Assembly: GCA_022750155.1 (NCBI GenBank)
Contig: JAKIWG010000001.1
Coordinates: 81,138-145,137, forward strand
Reading direction: 5' to 3'
Origin: Thermoplasmata archaeon
Lineage (GTDB): Archaea > Thermoplasmatota > Thermoplasmata > Lutacidiplasmatales > UBA184
Length of the DNA stretch: 64,000 nt
Positions within the stretch are counted from its first letter, which is position 1. Every line of letters begins with the position of its first letter. Below the pieces are notes generated by a model, which saw only the letters and a program-made list of their open reading frames with translations, searched no databases and was not told the origin of the DNA. Positions 1 through 9,145 of this stretch are shown here, piece by piece. The position numbers and the translations under genes are program-made.

Positions 1-54
1 GTCACCTTTATCGGAGGCGTCGGTTAGCGCGACCGACACGAGGCGCGAGCGCTC

Positions 55-837
55 ATGGAAGGCAAATTCATCCGGACCCGAACCGAGGACCACGTCGGCT
101 ACATCGAGATCGCCAAGCCGAAGGCGAACACCTACGACATCCACATGATGCGCGAGATGGACGCCGCGCTCGAGGAGATGCGATTCAACGACGATGCGCG
201 CGTGCTCGTCCTCGCCAGCACCGTCCCCGGATTCTTCAGCGCCGGGGCCGACATCGAGATGCTCAAGGGCAGCCAGCCGGATTTCAAGGCGATGTTCTGC
301 CTGCACTGCCAGGAGACGCTCAACAAGTTCGCCAGCACCCCGAAGGTCGTCATCGCCGCGCTCAGCGGCCATACCGTTGGGGGCGGGCTCGAGATCGCCC
401 TCGCCTGCGACCTGAGGATGATGGCCAAGGACTCCGGGAAGATCGGGCTCCCCGAGGTCACGCTCGGAGTGCTCCCCGGGACGGGGGGGACCCAGAGGCT
501 CCCCCGGCTCATCGGAACGGCTCGGGCGCTCGACATGATGATCACCGGCAAGCTCCTGACCCCGGAGGAGGCGCTCTCGATCGGTCTCGTCAACTACGTC
601 TACCCGAAGGAGACGTTCGCGGCCGATGTCACGAACTACGCGAAGGCGCTCGCCCACGGACCCTCCCGCGCGGTCTCCCTGATCAAGCGGTCGGTCGCCG
701 AGGGGATCGAGATGACGCTCCCCGCGGGCCTCGCCCTTGAGCGGGAGCTGCAGAACCGACTGTTCGTCACCGAGGACGCGAAGGAGGGGCTCGCCGCCTT
801 CGTGGAAAAGCGCAAGCCCAGCTTTAAGGGGCGCTGA
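55..837 (+). CDS. enoyl-CoA hydratase/isomerase (crotonase) family protein
   Basis: 260-aa ORF from ATG 55. Crotonase-fold motifs FFSAGADI, GHTVGGGLEIALACD, LPEVTLGVLPGTGGTQRL. Confidence 0.85.
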   Translation: MEGKFIRTRTEDHVGYIEIAKPKANTYDIHMMREMDAALEEMRFNDDARVLVLASTVPGFFSAGADIEMLKGSQPDFKAMFCLHCQETLNKFASTPKVVIAALSGHTVGGGLEIALACDLRMMAKDSGKIGLPEVTLGVLPGTGGTQRLPRLIGTARALDMMITGKLLTPEEALSIGLVNYVYPKETFAADVTNYAKALAHGPSRAVSLIKRSVAEGIEMTLPAGLALERELQNRLFVTEDAKEGLAAFVEKRKPSFKGR

Positions 838-862
838 CGCCTCGTATCCCTGGAAACCGGCC

Positions 863-1717
863 ATGCACGCCACCCCCCCTTCCGACCCGCTCGCGGCATC
901 GTCAACCCCCTCCGGGCCGGAGCTCTCGAAGAAGCTGAAGGAGGGCGGGACGATCGAGCCGGTGCGCGAGATCCTCTGGGGGGACTCGGCCGGGGGCCGC
1001 AAGTTCGAGACGGCCGAGGAGATCGCCCCGGAGATGCGCAAGCTGATCATCCGGCTGATGGTCGTCCAGGCGGACACCGAGTTCGCCTCCATCCAGCAGC
1101 ACCGGCCGTGGCTCGACAGCGCCCCCACGCTCGAGGACCGGTGGATCGAGGCCCGGATCGTGGCCGACGAGTCCCGCCACGGCCTGCAGGCCTGCCGGAT
1201 CCTCCGGGATTTCGGGGAGGAGGGCCAGAAGTACATCGACGAGCTCCTCGTCAAACGCGAGGGCGAGCACAAGCTCGACGCCTTCAACATGAAGTTCGAC
1301 CGGTGGTCGGACGTCGGAGCCTTCACCTGCTTCGTCGACCGGGTCGGGGTCTACCAGTTGCGCGCCTTCCAGGAATGCTCCTACGGCCCGCTCGCGCGCG
1401 CGATGCCGCTCATGCTCTCGGAAGAACAGCTCCACCTGAACTTCGGTTTCTCGGTCCTGAAGCGGATCGCCAAGGATGGCCCGAAGTACTACGGGTCGAA
1501 GGAAGAGGCCCAGAGCGCGGTCAACAAGTGGTACCCGAGGGCCCTCGACATGTTCGGCCACTCCCACTCGGAGACGAGCCAGAAGGCGATCGCGATGGGG
1601 CTCAAGCGATGGACCAACGAGGAGGCGCGAGCGCTCTACATCAAGGAGATCACCCCGCTCGTCGCCACGATGGGCCTCGAGCTTCCCTCCCCGGACTTCG
1701 ACCGACACATCCAGTAG
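863..1717 (+). CDS. PaaA/PaaC-family ferritin-like di-iron oxygenase (phenylacetyl-CoA epoxidase subunit A-like)
   Basis: In-frame ATG at 863 within ORF 737..1717. Two E-x-x-H di-iron motifs (ADESRHG and SEEQLHLNFG) plus upstream carboxylates (QADTEF, RAFQE). The overall pattern resembles PaaA. Confidence 0.7.
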   Translation: MHATPPSDPLAASSTPSGPELSKKLKEGGTIEPVREILWGDSAGGRKFETAEEIAPEMRKLIIRLMVVQADTEFASIQQHRPWLDSAPTLEDRWIEARIVADESRHGLQACRILRDFGEEGQKYIDELLVKREGEHKLDAFNMKFDRWSDVGAFTCFVDRVGVYQLRAFQECSYGPLARAMPLMLSEEQLHLNFGFSVLKRIAKDGPKYYGSKEEAQSAVNKWYPRALDMFGHSHSETSQKAIAMGLKRWTNEEARALYIKEITPLVATMGLELPSPDFDRHIQ

Positions 1718-1815
1718 TTCCGCCGCACTCACTCCGCGGGCCCCGCGGTGTTCGGTAGCCTCCGCGGTTGGACCAAGACCCGCTCCCCCTCCGCCCGTCG
1801 GGCAGGTGGAGGGCC

Positions 1816-2835
1816 TCAGCCCCGGGTCACCCGGAGGATCCGTGGACCGGGCCCGGCGTGGAGCACGTGGGTCGCCGAGACACCGCGGATCGCCTGGATC
1901 CGTGCCCGAACTCTCGTCGCGTTCGCACGGAGCGTGAACACGTGGACATGGGCCCCCGCATCATGGGTGTAGCCGGCCACCGCCTCACCGCGGACCGCGT
2001 TCTCAAGCCGGACCGCCTCGAGCACCTCACGGGAGGTGCGGGTGAGATAGTTCAGCGACGGGGTGGTGGTCTCGCAGACGCGCCGGAAACTGTCGCACTC
2101 TTCCATGATGAGGGCGAATAGGGCCGGCCCGTTCCGGTTCTTCAGCGCGCGCCGCAGGGCGTCGATCCGCGCCGGCAGCTCCCGCTGGCGACGGGCGAAC
2201 TCGGCGGACGTGCGCACCGAGGCCTGCATCGCCGAGGCGGAACGGACCACCTTGGTGGGGGCGTTCGCGACGATCGCCACGACGTCCACGAGCTCGGGCC
2301 AGTGATGCTCGTCGAAGAGAGGACGCGCATAGCAGTCCCGACCGTCCGGCCGCGTGCCCCTACGCCATTCCACGAACCCTCCGAAGACCGACCGGCACGC
2401 GCTACCGGAACCGAGCCGGGCGAGTTGCGAGAGCTGACGCGGGGAGAGGTCGAGGCCGGCGGCGAGGGTGGCCGCCCCGGCGAGCGCGGCGAACCCGCTC
2501 GCGCTGCTCGCGAGCCCGCTCGCGGTCTGGAAGTTGTTCGTGGAACGGACCTCGGCGTGGTCGGTGACCCCCGAGAGATCGCGGACCCGGTCGAGAAAGC
2601 GGCGGACGTCCCCCAGGGGGCCGCCGCCCATGCGGACGCCGTTCAACCGGAACTCGTCGGCGGTGAGCCCGGGGCGGAACCGGACCCGGGTACGGCTCCG
2701 CAGCCGGTCGAGCGTCACGGAGATCGAGGAGTTGTACGGGAGGTTGCGTTCGGGGTCCCGGATCCCCCAGTACTTGATCAGCGCGATGTTGGGGGCGGTC
2801 TCGCACGCGGCGACGCCCGGCGGACTCCGCGGCAC
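1816..2835 (-). CDS. diphosphomevalonate decarboxylase family protein (GHMP kinase fold; mevalonate pathway)
   Basis: 339-aa ORF. N-terminal PNIALIKYWG, GHMP motif GLASSASGFAAL, C-terminal YTHDAGAHVHVF (equivalent of the FDAGPN motif). Confidence 0.85.
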   Translation of the reverse strand: MPRSPPGVAACETAPNIALIKYWGIRDPERNLPYNSSISVTLDRLRSRTRVRFRPGLTADEFRLNGVRMGGGPLGDVRRFLDRVRDLSGVTDHAEVRSTNNFQTASGLASSASGFAALAGAATLAAGLDLSPRQLSQLARLGSGSACRSVFGGFVEWRRGTRPDGRDCYARPLFDEHHWPELVDVVAIVANAPTKVVRSASAMQASVRTSAEFARRQRELPARIDALRRALKNRNGPALFALIMEECDSFRRVCETTTPSLNYLTRTSREVLEAVRLENAVRGEAVAGYTHDAGAHVHVFTLRANATRVRARIQAIRGVSATHVLHAGPGPRILRVTRG

Positions 2836-2899
2836 CCTCTCGCTCCCGAGGCGAGAGGACGGCGCATACTACATATCCCCCGCGGAGGGTGGAAGCCCG

Positions 2900-3421
2900 A
2901 TGAGCGGTCCACCCCACGGGTCCGAGCCCCACCCGATCCGGCCGCCGAGGGATTGGAAGAGCGCGGCGCGGCTGGGAGGCTTCCACCGCGAGGTCGGCCT
3001 GACGATCGACCCCGAAGCGAGCGGCAATGGGGTGTGCGTCGTGCGGGGGACGGTCGAGCCGCGCCACCTGAACATCAACCAGATCGTCCACGGGGGGGTC
3101 TACGCGACGGCCCTCGACACGGCGATGGGGGCCGCCGTCGTCTCGCTCCTCTCCGAGGAGGAGGTCACCGCGACGACGAGCCTCTACGTCGACTTCCTCC
3201 GACCCGCGCGGCTCGGCCAACGCCTGATCGGCCGGGGGGAGGTGGTCCGACGGGGGCGCCACCTCGCCTTCGTGCGCGGCACGCTCACCGACGGCGAAGC
3301 GCGACTGCTCGGCTCGGCGAGCGGGACGTGGTACATCTGGTCGATCGGGGACGGGACGTGGGGCCAGGGGCCGAAGAAGCCGCGCCCGGAGACGCCGTCG
3401 GCTCCCCGGTCGCGTCGCTAG
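2900..3421 (+). CDS. PaaI/hotdog-fold acyl-CoA thioesterase
   Basis: ATG 2900 in frame with ORF 2468..3421. Hotdog pattern NINQIVHGGVYATALDTAMGAA ... ATTSLYVDFLRPA. Low-complexity C-terminal tail. Confidence 0.75.
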   Translation: MSGPPHGSEPHPIRPPRDWKSAARLGGFHREVGLTIDPEASGNGVCVVRGTVEPRHLNINQIVHGGVYATALDTAMGAAVVSLLSEEEVTATTSLYVDFLRPARLGQRLIGRGEVVRRGRHLAFVRGTLTDGEARLLGSASGTWYIWSIGDGTWGQGPKKPRPETPSAPRSRR

Positions 3422-5865
3422 GGGTATCGGCGGGCCAGGCCCGCGGTGACCCCAAGGACCGCGAGCCCCTTGGCGATTCCCCGGTCCGACTCCGGCCAGG
3501 CGTGGTCCCGAACGAATCGCTCGACGCTCCGCTCGTTCCCGAGCCCGAGGAACGGAACGGTCCGCTCGAGGATGTCGCCCACGTACCCCGTCCCCGGGAA
3601 GTCCTGGGAGATGCCGTCCAGGTTCCGGGTGAGCCATTCGAAGGTGACGCGTCGGGCGTCCGGATTCATCGCGCAGCGCCAGAGGAGCCCCGGGATGTGG
3701 CCCCGGTTGACCGACGGGGTCCGGAGGAGGTCGAGGGTGGCCCCCAGGAGCGAGGGGTCCGGAAACGCCGTGAGGGCCACCTCGAGGAGCGACGCCCCCC
3801 CTTCGTCCTCGGTCGCACGGAGCCGTTCGACGATCTCGGCGTGCTCCCGGGCGCCCCCGCACCGCGCGTAGGCGATCGCCGCAGCGCCCTTCAGGTCCGG
3901 GTCGAGGGTGTCCCACTCGGAGAAGCGGGCGGCGAACTCGCGGGCGAACTCGAGGTCGTTCCAGACGAGACCTCGCGCGACGATGGCGCGGAGCTGACCA
4001 TTGGTGGAGGGCTCCCCAGGGGCCTGATGCTCGACGAGCCGATGATACTGTTCGTGGAAGAATTCCCCCGTGACCTCGTGGAACCGGGCGTTCCGGCCGA
4101 TGACGAACTCGAGCCCCACCGGTTCGCGGGGGGAAGCCCGTCCGACCAGCTCCCGGGCGACCTCCTCGACGACCAGTCGCTCCTTCGACCGCGCGCTCTG
4201 GCCGACGAACCCCAGGTACCGCTCGAGGTCGACGTCGCCGGAGAGGAGGAACGCGTACAGATCCACCAGCAGGCTGAACCTCGAGAGCGCGGGAAGCAGC
4301 GGGAATCGCTGGGCGAGGCGATCGTACCCGGCGGGCGGGTAGAGGGTCCGGTAGAATCCCAGGGCGTCGCGGTTGAGATGGTACGCGACGCCCTCGGGGG
4401 CGGGGACCTCGAGCTCCTCGGTATCGAACAGGAACGTGCGGCTCGCCCCGTCCACGTCGGCGAACACCGGGATCGGCCACGGGGGCGCCGAGGCGGCGCC
4501 GTCCATACGGAAGGGACGCTGGCGGAGCCTCAGCCCTCGCGCGTCCTCGTTCACTTCGATGACGGGGAGCCCCCCGCGGCCGATCCACGCCTCCAGGAGC
4601 CGGCCCACGGGTAGACCGGAGACCTGCTCGAGCGAGTTCCACAGGTCGGCGCCGCGCGCGTTCCCGTACCGGAACTTCTCCAGGTACGATTGGACCCCGC
4701 GCCGGAACACTTCCTCGCCGAGGTACCCCTCCACCATCCTCAGCACGCTCGACCCCTTGCCGTAGCTGATCTCGTCGAAGATCTGTGCGATCTCCGAGGG
4801 GTCCGAGACCGGGGCGGCGACGGGGTGGGTGCTCGACAGCGAGTCGCCGAAGAGGCCGGTGGCCGTCCAGCCGAGGACGAACTCGTCGAAGCGGCGGGAC
4901 TCCGGATGGACCCGGGAGAGGATCCGCGGTTCCATGAGCGTCGCAAAGCTCTCGTTGAGCCAGATGTCATCCCACCACGCCATGGTGACGAGGTTCCCGA
5001 ACCACTGGTGGGCGACCTCGTGGGCGATCGTGGTCAGCGTGTCGTCGCGTTGCGAGGTCGTCGTCCTCGCATCGACGAGCAGTCGCATGTCCCGGAACGT
5101 GATCGCCCCCCAGTTCTCCATCGCTCCGAACCCAAGTTCCGGGACCGCGATCAGGTCGAGCTTCGGGAGCGGGTAGGGGATCCCGAAGTACCGCTCGTAC
5201 GCCGGCAGGATGAGCGAGGTCGCCTCCAGGGCGAATCGCCCGGAGCCCGCCCGGCTCTTCGGGAGGGCGACTCCGAGGCGGACGCGGCCGGAGGCGTCTT
5301 CCTCCCGCAGGAACGGGCCGATCCCGAGGTACATCAGGTACGTCGGCATCGACGGCGTCGGCGTGAACGTCCACCGGCGCCGTCCGGCTGCCTCCTCTTG
5401 GTGGGTGGATGGGGTGTTGAAGATCACGTCGAGGTCCGGGTCGGTCGTCAGGTCGAGCGTGATCACCGCGCGGCGGTCCGGCCGGTCCACGCACGGGAAG
5501 ACGCGCCGGGTCGCCGTGGCCGCGCACTGGGTGGTCAGCACCGACCCGTCTCCGAATTTCGACCGGTAGAGCCCGTAGAGACCCTTTTCCGCGACGCGAC
5601 CGGCGAACTCTACGTGGAGGGTTCCAGCCCCTGCCGACGTCCCCTGGACGTGGATTTCCTCGAGGGCAGGTAGGAGAGTGTGGGGGGTGGGCTGGCCGTT
5701 CCACGTGACCGACCCGATCGAGAGGTCGACGCTGTGGAGGGCCACGGTGGGTCCGGTCGCTTCGAGGTCAATGTCGACGCTCCCCCGGAAGGCGCCGGAC
5801 CGGAAGTCCACGTCGAGGGTCAGGCGATATTCGCGGACCCGGGAGGGGAACGGAGGATCGGTCAT
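3418..5865 (-). CDS. M1-family zinc aminopeptidase (aminopeptidase N / tricorn-interacting factor F2-F3-like)
   Basis: HEVAHQWFGN followed by WLNESFA (HEXXH-18-E) and a GAMEN motif. ATG at 5865 is preferred over the GTG at 5895. Confidence 0.9.
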   Translation of the reverse strand: MTDPPFPSRVREYRLTLDVDFRSGAFRGSVDIDLEATGPTVALHSVDLSIGSVTWNGQPTPHTLLPALEEIHVQGTSAGAGTLHVEFAGRVAEKGLYGLYRSKFGDGSVLTTQCAATATRRVFPCVDRPDRRAVITLDLTTDPDLDVIFNTPSTHQEEAAGRRRWTFTPTPSMPTYLMYLGIGPFLREEDASGRVRLGVALPKSRAGSGRFALEATSLILPAYERYFGIPYPLPKLDLIAVPELGFGAMENWGAITFRDMRLLVDARTTTSQRDDTLTTIAHEVAHQWFGNLVTMAWWDDIWLNESFATLMEPRILSRVHPESRRFDEFVLGWTATGLFGDSLSSTHPVAAPVSDPSEIAQIFDEISYGKGSSVLRMVEGYLGEEVFRRGVQSYLEKFRYGNARGADLWNSLEQVSGLPVGRLLEAWIGRGGLPVIEVNEDARGLRLRQRPFRMDGAASAPPWPIPVFADVDGASRTFLFDTEELEVPAPEGVAYHLNRDALGFYRTLYPPAGYDRLAQRFPLLPALSRFSLLVDLYAFLLSGDVDLERYLGFVGQSARSKERLVVEEVARELVGRASPREPVGLEFVIGRNARFHEVTGEFFHEQYHRLVEHQAPGEPSTNGQLRAIVARGLVWNDLEFAREFAARFSEWDTLDPDLKGAAAIAYARCGGAREHAEIVERLRATEDEGGASLLEVALTAFPDPSLLGATLDLLRTPSVNRGHIPGLLWRCAMNPDARRVTFEWLTRNLDGISQDFPGTGYVGDILERTVPFLGLGNERSVERFVRDHAWPESDRGIAKGLAVLGVTAGLARRYP

Positions 5866-5977
5866 CGTTGCTTCCGCTTCGGTGGACAGTCCCACCGCGG
5901 GCAGCGCGCTCCAGTCCGGTCAGGGGATTATGATTGCCGCCGACGGGGCGTCCGACGGTGAGGCTTCGCGACCAACG

Positions 5978-5985
5978 TTAAATAT
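5978..5985 (+). promoter_or_regulatory. TATA-like box (TTAAATAT) upstream of the 5S rRNA gene
   Basis: An AT-rich octamer in otherwise GC-rich DNA, ending 21 nt before the predicted 5S 5' end. Confidence 0.5.
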
Positions 5986-6005
5986 CTCGCCCCGGTGGGA
6001 AATCC

Positions 6006-6128
6006 GGCTGACGGCCAAAGCGGCGGGGAAACACCCGGTCCCATTCCGAACCCGGAAGTTAAGCCCGCTGGCGTTTCGCGCTGTACTGAAGTACGCGAGT
6101 CTACGGGAACCGCGGAAAGCTGTCAGCC
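6006..6128 (+). rRNA. rrf: 5S ribosomal RNA, stand-alone (no 16S/23S in the window)
   Basis: Conserved core CCCGGTCCCATTCCGAACCCGGAAGTTAAGC. The termini GGCTGACGG and CTGTCAGCC form a 9-bp helix I. Length is 123 nt. Confidence 0.9.
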
Positions 6129-6223
6129 TCCCTCTTCTCCGCATGGGATCGCGGGCGACTGCTCGGTGAGGGGCGTTCCGCGCCGACCGAGCGGTTAAAT
6201 CTCCCCCGAAGGTCGCGCGAGCC

Positions 6224-7144
6224 GTGTGGCTCGGGGCGCACGTCGGAATCTCGGAAGGATTGCCGGAGGCTGTGTCCAGCGCCCGAGGGATCGGGTGCGA
6301 AGCGATCCAGATCTTCTCGAAGAGCCCGCAGATGTGGAAGGGCCCCCCGATCGCGGGCGACGCCGCCGAGGCGTTCCGAGGGGCGATGAAACGGGAGGGG
6401 CTGCGCTCCTCCGCGGTCCACCACGGATACCTGATCAACCTCGCCACCCCCAAGCGCCCCATGCTCGAGCTCTCGCGACGCACGTTCGTCGACGAACTGC
6501 AGCGGGCCGAGCTGCTCGGGGTGGAGCACCTGATCTTCCACCCCGGCGCCCACCTCGGTTCGGGCGCGGCGGCCGGGCTCGTCGCGCTCGGCGAGAGCCT
6601 CAACTGGGCGTTCGATCAGACCCCAGGGCTCCGGGTGAAAGCGCTCCTGGAGAACGCCGCCGGACAGGGCACGGCGATGTGCGCGACGTTCGCCGAGCTC
6701 GGGGAGGCCCTGCGCCGGGTCACCGACCGCTCCCGGGTGGGCGTGACCCTCGACACCTGCCACCTGTTCGCGAACGGCATCGACTTCCGGACCCCCGAGG
6801 GGTACGGGGCGATGATCGACGAGGTCGAACGCGAGGTGGGCACGAAGGAGGTGCGCGCCTTCCACCTGAACGACGCCAAGGCCGACCTGGGCTCCCATCT
6901 TGATCGTCACGAGAACATCGGAAAGGGATTCATCGGCGCGGAAGGGTTCCGGCCGCTGCTGAACGACGCGCGGTGGACCGACCGTGCCGGCTACCTGGAG
7001 ACGCCGCTCGCGGAGGGGGAGAAAGGGTACGCCACGTACGCGACCGACCTCGCCGCCCTCCGCGCCCTCCTCGAAGTTCCCGCCGCCCGGGGGAAGGCCG
7101 TGGTCGGGCCGACCGGTCGGCGCCGCCCCGCAAGGACGAACTAA
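6224..7144 (+). CDS. nfo: deoxyribonuclease IV (endonuclease IV, AP endonuclease family 2)
   Basis: GAHVGISEG, HHGYLINLA, HLIFHPGAH, LENAAGQG, DTCHLFA and HLNDAK motifs. GTG start at 6224, with TTAAAT at 6195-6200. Confidence 0.9.
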   Translation: MWLGAHVGISEGLPEAVSSARGIGCEAIQIFSKSPQMWKGPPIAGDAAEAFRGAMKREGLRSSAVHHGYLINLATPKRPMLELSRRTFVDELQRAELLGVEHLIFHPGAHLGSGAAAGLVALGESLNWAFDQTPGLRVKALLENAAGQGTAMCATFAELGEALRRVTDRSRVGVTLDTCHLFANGIDFRTPEGYGAMIDEVEREVGTKEVRAFHLNDAKADLGSHLDRHENIGKGFIGAEGFRPLLNDARWTDRAGYLETPLAEGEKGYATYATDLAALRALLEVPAARGKAVVGPTGRRRPARTN

Positions 7145-7174
7145 AGAGGCTCCTCCGCGTCGGCGCGACTGGCG

Positions 7175-8122
7175 ATGGAGTCCCGGCCGTTGACCCGTGC
7201 GGTCCGGAGCGGGGAGAGCCTCGTGAGTGCCTGCGACGAGGCGGTCACCGCGTTCGCCGCCCTCGATCCGGGGGTGGCGGTATTCTCGAACGCCGTCACA
7301 CCCGGATTCAATTCCGGGTTCGCCTCAAGGGTCCCAGAGCGGTTCTTCGCGATCCCGGGAGGAGGCCCGGCGCTGTTCGAGGCGGCGCTCCACCACGCCG
7401 CGGCCGGGGGAACCGCGTTCGCCTTCGTCGACGCCTCGGCGGTCGGCCAGCTCTCCTACGGATCGCTATGGGCCTGGCTCGGGGCGACGCGCGTCAACGT
7501 CAATCTCGTCGCACGGCACGCGGGGCTATCCTCCGAGGGCGAGTTTCGGGGGGTAGCCGCCGACATCGGCACGCTCCGGGGCATACCGGGGATGACGGTC
7601 GTCGTTCCGGGAGACGCCCCCACCGCGGGGGAGTCGATCTCGGTGCTCGCGCAGGTCGTCGGTCCCGCCTACCTGCGGGTCACGGACGCCCTGCTGCCCA
7701 GGGTCTCCGACGGGTCGCTCACGCTCGGGAGGGCGAATGAGCTCCGTCCCGGGAACGACCTGACGATCGCCGCGATCGGAAGCATGCTCGCCCCCGCCCT
7801 CGACGTGGCCGGGGAGTTCCACCGAGTCGGGGTCGAGGTCCGGGTGCTCGACATGGCGTCGGTGCAGCCCGCGGATTCGAAGTCGCTGCTGCGCGCGGCT
7901 CGGGAGACCGGGGCGATCCTGACGATGGAGGAGCATTCGACGTCGACCGGCCTCGGCGCCCTGGTCGCCACGATCACGGGCGAGGCGTATCCGGTTCCCG
8001 TCCGAAGGGTCGGGATCACTCCGGTCGCCGGGCTCTCGGCGCCCCCGGGGGCGGTCCTCTCGGTGGCCCACGCGACCGACGAGGCGTGGGAGCTGCTGAG
8101 GATGAGGGGCAAGGTTCACTAG
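7175..8122 (+). CDS. transketolase C-terminal-subunit-like protein (active-site motifs degenerate)
   Basis: Collinear with split-transketolase C subunits ([65 protein letters not shown]), but the AEQ and DGxSHQ positions are substituted. Confidence 0.75.
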   Translation: MESRPLTRAVRSGESLVSACDEAVTAFAALDPGVAVFSNAVTPGFNSGFASRVPERFFAIPGGGPALFEAALHHAAAGGTAFAFVDASAVGQLSYGSLWAWLGATRVNVNLVARHAGLSSEGEFRGVAADIGTLRGIPGMTVVVPGDAPTAGESISVLAQVVGPAYLRVTDALLPRVSDGSLTLGRANELRPGNDLTIAAIGSMLAPALDVAGEFHRVGVEVRVLDMASVQPADSKSLLRAARETGAILTMEEHSTSTGLGALVATITGEAYPVPVRRVGITPVAGLSAPPGAVLSVAHATDEAWELLRMRGKVH

Positions 8123-8154
8123 CCCCCGTGGGCTGGGGCGGGAGAGGTCGGCCG

Positions 8155-8802
8155 ATGAAGCTGTTTCTGGACACCGCGAGCATCGATGAGATCCGGCAGA
8201 TGTGGGGGCTCGGGATCCTGGACGGGGTCACGACCAACCCATCGCTGGTCGCCAAGGAAGGGCGGAAGTTCGAGGACGTGATCCGTGAGATCTGCGCCCT
8301 GGGGGTCCCTTCCGTCTCTGCCGAGGTCGTGGGGACGACCGTCGACGCGATGCTGGCGGAGGGCCGGCACCTCCGCCAGATCCATCCGGCGATCTACGTG
8401 AAGGTCCCGATGACCCCCGCGGGGCTCAGCGCGACGAAGATCCTCTCCGGGGAGGGCACGAGGGTGAACATGACCCTCGTCTTCTCGGCGAACCAGGCGA
8501 TCCTGGCGGCCAAGGTGGGCGCGGCCTACGTCAGTCCGTTCATCGGCCGACTGGACGACCAGGGTGAGGACGGGATGAAGCTCATCGCCGACATCGTGCA
8601 GATCTACCGGAACTACCACGTCAAGACCGAGATCCTGGTGGCGAGCGTGCGGCATCCGATCCACGTGCTCGACGCCGCCAAGCTCGGCGCCGATATCGCC
8701 ACGATGCCCTTCGCGGTGATGCAGAAGCTGCCGCTCCACCCGCTGACGGACATCGGCCTCGCCCGGTTCCTCTCCGATTGGCAGAAGGTCCCGAAGGGCT
8801 GA
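8155..8802 (+). CDS. short-type transaldolase / fructose-6-phosphate aldolase family protein
   Basis: [13 protein letters not shown] ... GVTTNPSL ... KVPMT ... NMTLVFS ... [14 protein letters not shown] 8155 in frame with ORF 8086..8802. Confidence 0.9.
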   Translation: MKLFLDTASIDEIRQMWGLGILDGVTTNPSLVAKEGRKFEDVIREICALGVPSVSAEVVGTTVDAMLAEGRHLRQIHPAIYVKVPMTPAGLSATKILSGEGTRVNMTLVFSANQAILAAKVGAAYVSPFIGRLDDQGEDGMKLIADIVQIYRNYHVKTEILVASVRHPIHVLDAAKLGADIATMPFAVMQKLPLHPLTDIGLARFLSDWQKVPKG

Positions 8803-8833
8803 GGCCCTCCCGCCTCAGCCGTGGTAGCGAGCC

Positions 8834-9145
8834 ATGACCTCGACCCCTGCGGGCGGAGCGGTGGCGGGCGAGGCGCTCCTCGAGCGGTACCTCCGCCTCA
8901 CCACCGAGGCGCTCGCCAAGGTCCGGCCCGCCCCCCCGAGCCGGTCGTTCCTCGCCGGGGCGTCCGAGGATTTCCTGTCGATGGCGCGCGCGTACCTCTC
9001 CGACGCCCACCATTTCCGGTCGAAGGGGGACCTCGAACGCGCGCTCGCCGCGGCGAGCTACGCCCACGGGTGGCTCGACGCCGGGGTCCGACTCGGCCTG
9101 CTCGATGGAGGGGACGATGACGTCCGATTCACCCCGTTCCGCTGA
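8834..9145 (+). CDS. small archaeal protein, DUF357-like
   Basis: 103-aa ORF. The DAHHF...GDLERALAAASYAHGWLDAGVRLG pattern recalls DUF357. Assignment is from memory only. Confidence 0.55.
   Translation: MTSTPAGGAVAGEALLERYLRLTTEALAKVRPAPPSRSFLAGASEDFLSMARAYLSDAHHFRSKGDLERALAAASYAHGWLDAGVRLGLLDGGDDDVRFTPFR

Noticed and set aside
2302-4642. Very long ORFs 2302..4614 (+, 770 aa) and 2402..4642 (-, 746 aa)
   Set aside because: Arg/Pro/Gly/Glu-dominated low-complexity translations. They run antisense or out of frame to well-supported genes (MDD homologue, PaaI thioesterase, M1 aminopeptidase). This is the typical stop-codon-poor artefact of very GC-rich DNA.
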